Assembly: GCF_006345805.1 (NCBI RefSeq)
Contig: NW_021824274.1
Location: 1 to 19,265, forward strand
Length of the DNA stretch: 19,265 nucleotides
Direction of reading: 5' to 3'
From: Octopus sinensis
Taxonomy: Eukaryota
Made by a program: the position numbers and the translations under genes. A model generated the notes under the pieces. The model did no database searches. It had not been told where the DNA came from and was given only the letters and a program-made list of their open reading frames with translations. This document shows, piece by piece, positions 11,172 through 19,265 of this stretch; position 1 is the stretch's first letter, and every line of letters starts with the position of its first letter.

Positions 11172-11360
11172 ATGCACATGCTTTGTCTTGGTATAAAAGA
11201 TGGACTACAGAAAATATTCTGCTCAGTACCACAGAATTGCTTGTCAGTTGCTTGACCTAAACCAGTTGAACATGTCCGTTAGTGACTGATAAAATATGCA
11301 TCTCTGATCACTAGCAGAAATAGTGTGAAAGCATCATAGCCATGTGTTGGGAGGAATTCT
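11172..11360. repeat. Probable interspersed repeat fragment
   Basis: A non-simple sequence island (AAATATTCTGCTCAGTACCACAGA...GCATCATAGCCATGTGTTG) resembling a common octopus repeat from memory. There is no second copy in the window. Confidence 0.4.
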
Positions 11361-11672
11361 CAAGAAAACAGACTATTTATAATCTTTTATTATTCCATTT
11401 TTACTTTATTTTCATTGTCTTTTGTAACCGTTACTTTTAAATGACCCTCTTTGATACATTTGATTGTTTTCTTAAATGCAATTTAGCCCATTATATACTT
11501 AACAATTTAATTTTTTATTGTACACCTTAAGGCACTTTTACAGTCGCCTAATACATGTTATATAGATATCACGTATTTACACTCGACCAAAATGTGTTTT
11601 TTGGAGACATCGAAAACCAGAATGGATTTGTTTTATTTTATTTTACTTTATTTTATTTCATTTTTATTACAA

Positions 11673-11675
<3 letters not shown>

Positions 11676-11738
<63 letters not shown>

Positions 11739-11744
11739 TATTAT
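11676..11744. repeat. (ATT)n trinucleotide repeat
   Basis: Direct observation. Confidence 0.95.
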
Positions 11745-12079
11745 CGCTTACTTAATTATTTCCATTGCATTTATTTATCTATTTATAATTTCTCTTGTCA
11801 CTGATTGTGATGCGATGATGATGACAGAGCTTTAATGAGCTTACTAAAAAATTATTTTGGGAGATTTTCGATAGGTACTAAATTTTTTCGTTTAAATTTC
11901 GCCGAGTCCAAAATTCATATTATGTTATTTTATTACGCTATTAATTTAATCATATTATTGATTTTTTTTTCAATTCGCAATTTAATTTTGCACTATTTTA
12001 ATATTCAATATACTAGACAAACGGTTTAAAATATACTCGTCTGCGTATATACATTATGCTGTAGATACGTTTATTTACG

Positions 12080-12117
12080 TGTGTATATATATATATGTGT
12101 GAGTGTGTGTTTAGTAT

Positions 12118-12178
<61 letters not shown>

Positions 12179-12245
12179 CTATATATATATATATAATATA
12201 TATATATATTGTGTGTGTGTGTTTATATATATATATCTCTCTCTT
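12080..12245. repeat. (TA)n/(TG)n microsatellite
   Basis: Direct observation. Confidence 0.95.
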
Positions 12246-12411
12246 TCCCTATCTTTTTCTTCTCTTTCTTTGTCCGCCATTCTACGACTTCCTTTTCTTC
12301 CAACCGCCACCTATTATTCTTATTCTGGTTCTTTCTAACGTGTTGCAATGGAGTCGCGACTTCGCAATATACGCACGAAGACGTATGTTGTGTACATGTG
12401 TATGTTTATTT

Positions 12412-12694
12412 ATTTATGCGACCCTTCTCAAGCCTAGCCAGGCTCATGGGCCCGGTTTCCCGGTTTCTGTGGCGTATGTGTTCCCCCCAGCTAGTCCATC
12501 ACAGCGTAACTCAAGAAACAGGAAGAAAGAGTAAGAGAAAGTTGGGGCGAAAGAGTACAACAGGGGTCGCCCCACCTCCTGCCGGAGACTCGTGGAGCTT
12601 TAGGTGTTTTCGCTCAATAAACACACACAACGCCCGGTCTGGGAATCGAAACCGCGAGTCCGTTACCCTAACCACTGGGCCATTGCGCCTCCAC
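12412..12694 (-). mobile_element. tRNA-derived SINE
   Basis: The minus strand begins GTGGAGGCGCAA-TGGCCCAGTGG (A box, 12672-12682)...GGTTTCGATTCCC (B box, 12641-12653), followed by a GC-rich body and a short A-rich (ATAA) tail. Confidence 0.85.
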
Positions 12695-12737
<43 letters not shown>

Positions 12738-13357
12738 CGCGTGCGTGTGTGCGTACCTATATATATACATTAGTACATATATTCATACTATTATTTTGCC
12801 TGTGTATGTTTGTAGATATATGTGTACGCATATATTAGCGTTTGTATGTTTAGCGTATGTATGTACGTTTATGTTTTTTAGTGTGTATATGCATAAGAAC
12901 AGTTTGCTTATGTTTAGGCCATTTCATTTATACATACTTACGTTTATTTCGTTTTGATTAAATTTATTTTATCAGTAATTAATTCATTCTGGGTATATAC
13001 GTGTTTTCCTTCTAACTACAATCATTTTTGAAATTTTGATTTTAGATTTAAGGTCTTCTTCAATCTCACATAATACCGTTTTAAAACTATCATCATTGAT
13101 GAGAAAAAAACCGTTAGTTGAAAGGTCCTATGAAGAGAAATAAATTTCAAATGTGTATTTGTCAATGTAAATTTATACATACAAACTTTATTTTGTTCCG
13201 TTCTCAGTCTAAATTGTCCGACGAAAGGGAACGGGAAACTCTGACTAGTAGCTTTTTGTGATGTTTTTGCAGTTTTAGCATTAATAGAGCATATTACTGT
13301 ACATCCGGTATTCTAGTGCTATTTTTCCCACCTTGTTTTACGTTTATGTGCTTACTT

Positions 13358-13419
<62 letters not shown>

Positions 13420-13446
13420 ATATATATATATATACATATATATAAT

Positions 13447-13648
13447 GTGACCTCGTGTGTACCGTTGGCGATTTATTTCTTTTGTCTTCCCCTCTCTGGA
13501 TCTTTCCTTCTCCTATGTTTCCGACGAAGAGCTCCGCTCGAAATGTTAAACCCCTTTCTTTCTTTCCTGAGCGTCCAATAATACTATATTTGTTTCCACG
13601 TCCTTGCGTTGTTGTGTTTTTTTGGGCTTTCTTGTTTGGATTAACTTT
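13447..13648 (+). mobile_element. Penelope-like pseudo-LTR / retrozyme-like fragment in (TA)n carrying a hammerhead motif
   Basis: A ~200-bp unique island bounded by (TA)n tracts on both sides. It contains a hammerhead core at 13517-13551. Confidence 0.6.
13517..13551 (+). ncRNA. Degenerate minimal type I hammerhead ribozyme
   Basis: GTTT-CCGACGA-A-GAGC-TCC-GCTC-GAAA-T-GT-T-AAAC. Stem I is GTTT/AAAC, the core CUGAnGA has U>C, stem II is GAGC/GCTC, then GAAA, a decayed palindromic stem III (ACGT>ATGT) and a GUU cleavage triplet. Confidence 0.65.
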
Positions 13649-13669
13649 ATATATATATATACACCACAC

Positions 13670-13732
<63 letters not shown>

Positions 13733-13744
13733 TATGTGTATACA

Positions 13745-13894
13745 GGCGTAGGAGTGGCTGTGTGGTAAGTAGCTTGCATACCAACCACATGCGTGGCACC
13801 TTGATCAAGTGTCTTGTACTATAGCCTCGGGCCGACCAAAGCCTTGTGAGTGGATTTGGTAGACGGAAACTGAAAGAAGCCCATCGTATACATG

Positions 13895-13945
<51 letters not shown>

Positions 13946-14178
13946 GTGTGAATGTGTGTGTATATGTTTGTGTGTCTGTGTTTATTCCCCCAACATCGCT
14001 TGACAACCGATGGTGGTGTGTTTACGTCCCCGTAACTTAGCAGTTAGGCAAAAGAGACTGATAGAATAAGTACTAGGCTTACAAAGAATAAGTCCTGGGT
14101 CGATTTTCTCCACTATAGGCGGTGCTCCAGCATGGCCACAGTCAAATGACTGAAACAAGTAAAAGATTAAAGAGTAAA
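13745..14178 (+). mobile_element. tRNA-derived SINE (CORE-like) with internal (TA)/(TG)n microsatellite; B box absent
   Basis: A-box-like TGGCTGTGTGGT at the 5' end and a CORE-like GTGGCACCTTGATCAAGTGTCTT segment. Internal microsatellite at ~13887-13980. The 3' part (13981-14178) matches the reverse complement of 219-420 (GGTGCTCCAGCATGGC, TGACTGAAACAAG). The tail is A-rich. Confidence 0.85.
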
Positions 14179-14401
14179 GAGAGAGAGAGAGGGAGAGAGT
14201 GTGTGTGTGTGTGTGGTGTGTGTGGTGTGTGTGTGTGTTGTGTGAGAGAGAGAGTGTGTGTGTGTGCGTAGTCTTCTGTATCGTAGGGCTGTGAGTAAAG
14301 TTGGTAGATAGCAAGTGTAAAATGCGTCAATAAGTCTGTCTGTGTGTATGTATGTTGTATATATCTACTTATGTATTGTATATGTAAGTTATGCATGTAT
14401 G

Positions 14402-14452
<51 letters not shown>

Positions 14453-14685
14453 CTCTATATGTGTGTATATGTACATGTGTGTGTGTGTTGTACATGCATT
14501 ATGTGGATTATATTTTCAATCAAGATATTACAAGCCTATCTGTTTCACCAAGTGCTTCAATTCTATGCATGTACATATATTTATTAGATTACTGATATTT
14601 ATGAATGCTTTCTCCCATTGTGTTGATGAGTCATTTTCTATCATGAATAAAACTGCCAGCATTTTTGTCGGTACGGGTGCACTGA

Positions 14686-14687
14686 TA

Positions 14688-14744
<57 letters not shown>

Positions 14745-14761
14745 TGATGATGATGATGATG

Positions 14762-14825
<64 letters not shown>

Positions 14826-14837
14826 TAATAAAAATAA
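14686..14837. repeat. (AAT)n-(GAT)n-(AAT)n microsatellite
   Basis: Direct observation; it is the 5' flank of the Dong-like element. Confidence 0.95.
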
Positions 14838-15282
14838 TAAAAAGATCAGACAAAAAAGGTGTGTTTATTAATTGACATGAGTATTCCTTGCGATGACAAT
14901 ATAGCGGCGAAAGAATTTGACAAGATTGCTAATAGAAATTGAAAAAATGTGGCATCTCAAGACGACTACAGTACCAGTGATTGTAGGATCTCTAGGAATG
15001 ATAAAAAAGGTACTGAAACCTATTTGAAAATGATACCAGGCTTACCATTCCTACAGGAAGTGCAAAAAATCGTGTTAACTGGAACGACTCATGTACCGAG
15101 AAGAGCATTATCGCTGTGAAAACAGTATCCATTCATGAATTTATTTATTTATTAATCTTTAAATACATATTTTATCTGTGAATTTGGTGTGTATTTGGGA
15201 ATGCATACAATGAGCTTCTCTGCCCTAGGTGTACGGAAAACACCCGGCGAGAAACGGAAGAAAATTTGAAGAAGGAAAAAAC
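14838..15282 (+). mobile_element. 5'-truncated R4/Dong-like non-LTR retrotransposon (RLE endonuclease C-terminus + 3' UTR) inserted in (TAA)n
   Basis: Translation with two frameshifts: KDQTKKVCLLIDMSIPCDDNIAAKEFDK/LLIEIEKMWHLKTTTVPVIVGSLGMIK/GTETYLKMIPGLPFLQEVQKIVLTGTTHVPRRALSL* (TGA at 15117-15119). This matches the pattern downstream of the PD..D motif in R4/Dong-type RLE endonucleases. AAT repeats lie on both sides. Confidence 0.85.
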
Positions 15283-15345
15283 ATAATAATAACAATCATC
15301 ATCATCATCATCATCATCATGAGGATGATGAGGATGATGATGATG

Positions 15346-15391
<46 letters not shown>

Positions 15392-15428
15392 CGACGACGA
15401 TGACGATGACGACGACGACGACGACGAC

Positions 15429-15468
<40 letters not shown>

Positions 15469-15521
15469 TAGAAGAAGAAGAACAAGAACAAGAACAAGAA
15501 CAAGAACAAGAACAAGAACAA

Positions 15522-15603
<82 letters not shown>

Positions 15604-15622
15604 AAGAAGAAGAAGAAGAAGA
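15283..15622. repeat. Compound microsatellite AAT/ATC/GAT/GAC/GAA/GAACAA/AAT/GAA
   Basis: Direct observation; it is the 3' flank of the Dong-like element. Confidence 0.95.
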
Positions 15623-16168
15623 ATGAACAACCAGCGTGTATGTGTGTTTTTTATTGGCATAATGACCCTCCCAAGACACAAGAAATACATTGTGACTTTG
15701 AAGATAAATAAGCTCCGCTAGAATATAACTTTGATACTACTATAACATTCTTTGCCCATTTACATTACTGGACGTCGTGGTGGTCTTGGTTATCGAGGAA
15801 ATAGTTACATTACTAGTGGGAGTTGTTGTTTTCAGGGTGTATTTAACAAGTATTTTAACGTTTTTTTTTAGACAGGGGATATTTTGTTTTTTTAAATTAT
15901 ATTTTTTATTTCTACTAATTTGAAAACCATAGAGCAGTTCTATATATTATTTTGTATATATTTATAAGACAGAAGAGAAACGACCACATATTTTTTATAT
16001 TCTAAATGAATCGGTTTTCGTCACCTCACTCGTGTTTTCCTTTTGCTATTGTTGTTTTATTGTTTGTTGTTCGTTTGTTTATTTTATTTTTTTATTTATT
16101 TATTTATTTTTTTACATGAAAGGCCTTCATTCTTCAACTAGTAAATCAAGACAATTTTTTTCATTTAG

Positions 16169-16232
16169 ACTTCAAACTTGTGGCACTACATTTGTGTGAC
16201 TGCCAACAATAGGCGTCGAAACGTAAACATCT
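16169..16232 (+). CDS. Candidate internal coding exon (pentraxin/LamG-like peptide TSNLWHYICVTANNRRRNVNI)
   Basis: Polypyrimidine tract plus TTTAG acceptor and a GTAAGT donor. Exactly one frame is open, and it carries a WHxxCVT motif. No partner exon was confidently found. Confidence 0.4.
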
Positions 16233-16329
16233 GTAAGTAATCTGCTCAAATTTCTGAAACTGTGAACTGAATAAACAACAAAGATAAGGAAGAAAAGGAA
16301 GAAAATGTATTTCTTTCTGGCATAATCTT

Positions 16330-16588
16330 TACACACACAGGCACGCATTGTATATTACATATACATCTACAGACACACGCACACACACACAAACACACAC
16401 ATATAATTTATATATATATATATACACACATTAAATATATATAAATAACTGTATAAGTAAACATACATATATAACATTATATATATATATATATATATAT
16501 ACAACCATGCATATACGCAGTGCCTGCGTATTCATATGTACAAATGTCTATGTGCGTGTATAAATATACATGCATTACATAAATATAT

Positions 16589-16626
<38 letters not shown>

Positions 16627-16827
16627 CGTATATATACATACATATATCGTCTAATACATACTCATATATATATATCAATAAATATGTATGTGATGTACAT
16701 ACATATAAGTATATATATGCATATGTATATGAATAATATAAATATGTATACGTATAATATATGTATATATATATGTATATCTCTATATATATACACATAT
16801 ATTATATATATATATGTATACATGCAC

Positions 16828-16865
<38 letters not shown>

Positions 16866-16940
16866 GTATGTATGTATGTATATATATATAATATACAGTA
16901 TATACAGTTATATACAAATGTATGTACACATATTCTTATA
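16330..16940. repeat. Long degenerate (TA)n/(CA)n low-complexity region
   Basis: Direct observation. Confidence 0.9.
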
Positions 16941-17715
16941 TACGGTGTGAGTAGTATAAATAAGTTTCTTGCCTTCGTTTGATTTTTGTGAAGGGGTAGA
17001 AGTTGTGATTTTCTTATGCGAAGTGGTCAGACGATAGGTGGTGAGGGCATAGTGGGGCTGTGACCTATGTTAACTGTTATTTTAATACATTACTTCTGCA
17101 AAATACATTTCATTTGCGACTGAAAACATACGTCACAAATATCTTTCGATTTTATCTTTATTTGGTTTTCTCTGTTTATTGTTTTGATTTCTGTTTTTCT
17201 TCTTTATTCCCCTTCTTAATCTAAATTTAAGAAAAAGAAAACATAACTTGAAAGCTGGAGGTAAACTAACTGCCTCCCCCACCCCCTATGATGGTGATGG
17301 TTATATACATATGTACATAGGCATGTGCATATGAGAATATATTCGAAATTTCGGTTTGATGTATGACCATCTTTCGGAGATTATGCTTTGGTGTATTTGT
17401 CAAGAATTTTTTCGTTTTAAGTTCTTTGAATTGACGAAATGGAATCTCTAATAAAGAACGAAAAGTTTCAGCATTGAAATTAGATAACAGAAGAGTAAAG
17501 AAATAATTGCTAAATTTTAAACTTTTATTACATATTTCTACTGTTCCATTTACAGATTACTTTGCAGTGTGCATGTTTTAATTATTCCCTTTCTTCAGTT
17601 GAAAACAGTCACTTTTCCAGATTATTACTTGAAGACTAAGTAACATATCTAATTGTGTAACAGACTAACACAATTATGAATGTACATCTATAAGCTGCAA
17701 GGATAAATTGTATAA

Positions 17716-17972
17716 ACAAGAGGGTGCTAAAATGTTCTTGGCTTTGGATAAAGGAAAATATAATTATATCAAATGTATTCATTTATCTGTAGATTGAAAA
17801 CATGAAGTACAGTCTAAATCGATTTTCGAATCTTATTGGGGTCTCGTCTTAATCACTTGGCTAATCCCAAAAAACAAGAATCTAGACTTGAAATTCAGTA
17901 GTTTAAGAGAACTAGAGTTGCTAATTAATCTGCATAGAATTAGAACTTAACGCCTTCATTATCAGCAGCCTG
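17716..17972. mobile_element. Possible decayed mariner-type MITE
   Basis: The left end GAGGGTGCTAAAATGTTCTTGGCTTT resembles mariner TIRs. The complementary right end TTATCAGCAGCC is weak. Confidence 0.25.
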
Positions 17973-17975
17973 TCA

Positions 17976-18080
17976 ACACACACACGCGCATACATACGCA
18001 TACACACACATACACACACACACTTCGAACACTCAAAGACATCTATCTCTCTATGTGTATGTGTGTGTGTTTGTGTGTGT

Positions 18081-18121
<41 letters not shown>
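17976..18121. repeat. (CA)n followed by (TG)n microsatellite
   Basis: Direct observation. Confidence 0.9.
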
Positions 18122-18126
<5 letters not shown>

Positions 18127-18699
18127 AAATGACGCGTGTATGCGCGTATTTTTATGTAAGTGTATGTGTGTTTGCAAGAGCAAACGACCAATTTAGTTTG
18201 TATTCTGGTTAAATTCAGAGAAAATTTGCAGAGTCTTATAACTAACATTATCAGCATTGTTACTGTGGTGACATAGCTCAGATGTTAATGAGTCGTTCTG
18301 GTATGGTTACTACTAATCTTGTATGGTTTTGGTGTTCTTGGTCCCTATAGGAATGAATATGATGAACTGGGTTTCGGTAATTTGGTAGTTAATAAAATGG
18401 GTAAGAGCTATTTTATGTTGCAAATTTATCCGCGTTATTGTTAAATGTAGTATGAAGAACGCAAAGTGGGGTATCAAAAACAAGAGAAATATGTGAAACG
18501 TACTTGTTTTAATTGAGGCTATGCGCTTCAAGAAACTTCTTAAGGGTACTATCTACTTTGATACCGGTTGACGTTTGCTATTATAGTGGAGAGGGATATT
18601 AAACCAAAGAATGAAAACTTTAACTAGACCCTTGAAACCTGTCCTGAGCCTACAGGTCTATGATGTCGGAGTTTATCCGAAATTTTAAGGTGTTTAGGC

Positions 18700-18900
18700 T
18701 GAGAATACAAGGCTTCCTCCTGAATGGAAGTCGAAAGACTAGACACCCTAATAGACTTCTGTTACTTATTTTCAGTTGAATGTACTGGATTAACATGAAA
18801 TTAAATGCCTTACTTAAGAATACAATGCACTGTTCGACCCGAGCATTGAACCCACGACCAAGCAATTGTGAACCTAACATCTTAGCCATCAGGCTTTCAC
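18700..18900 (-). mobile_element. Old degenerate tRNA-derived SINE
   Basis: The minus strand has AGCCTGATGGCTAA (A-box-like) and GGGTTCAATGCTC (B-box-like), followed by GCATTGTATTCTTAAGTAAGGCATTT, which is CORE-like and parallels the head of 12412-12694. Confidence 0.6.
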
Positions 18901-19265
18901 CAAGTAAACTGTACTGTTTGAAATTAGATGGACACATCAGAAGTTCTAGTAACAATGTTGGAAATTGGAAAGGATGGTAATGGCTAGAACGACTTTGTTC
19001 AAAGAACTATTATTTAAAAAGCATTGGCATGGCTTCTACTGCTTGATATTCTTCTTAATGACAGCCCTTTGACAGAGTGTACTGGATGCTTTTCACGTGG
19101 CAGAAGCAACAATGAAATCACCAAGCAATATATATATACATATGCATATAGTCCAATGTTGATAAAGTTGTGTATAAATAAATAATACATATATTAGTCA
19201 ATTAAATTTCAACGTTGTCCGATTTCCACAATGTATTTTTGTATTTTTACCCTTTTACAATATTA

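Noticed and set aside
12641-12694. tRNA gene
   Set aside because: A and B boxes are present, but there is no complete cloverleaf and the sequence continues into a SINE body.
12209-12957. 209-aa and overlapping ORFs
   Set aside because: They span a SINE on the opposite strand plus microsatellites.
15172-15690. Poly-His/Arg/Asp/Ser/Met/Ile ORFs
   Set aside because: By-products of stop-free trinucleotide repeats in several frames.
18351-18400. Possible 50-nt exon (CCCTATAG|...|GTAAGA; NEYDELGFGNLVVNKM)
   Set aside because: Its phase is incompatible with direct splicing to the 16169-16232 candidate and it has no recognisable motif. Such sites arise by chance.

Overview
AT-rich, microsatellite-dense, mostly non-coding eukaryotic DNA. 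The SINE-like repeats resemble octopus repeats as I recall them; this is not verified. I found no intact host gene, and nearly all ORFs in the track are translations of simple repeats. The window is a patchwork of transposon relics, several embedded in one specific microsatellite type. (1) Two tandem, 5'-truncated L1/Tx1-like non-LTR retrotransposon copies (minus strand; ORF2 C-terminal CCHC zinc finger plus a structured 3' UTR) lie in a (GATA)n array. (2) A 5'-truncated R4/Dong-like element (restriction-like endonuclease C-terminus) lies in a (TAA)n array. (3) A ~200-bp element in (TA)n carries a degenerate minimal type I hammerhead ribozyme (Penelope-like or retrozyme). (4) A heavily decayed Gypsy gag-protease-RT relic, missed by the ORF track, lies at ~5830-7700 on the minus strand. 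(5) There are also several tRNA-derived SINEs and small DNA-transposon MITEs. One small candidate coding exon (16169-16232) has a pentraxin/LamG-like WHxxCVT motif.
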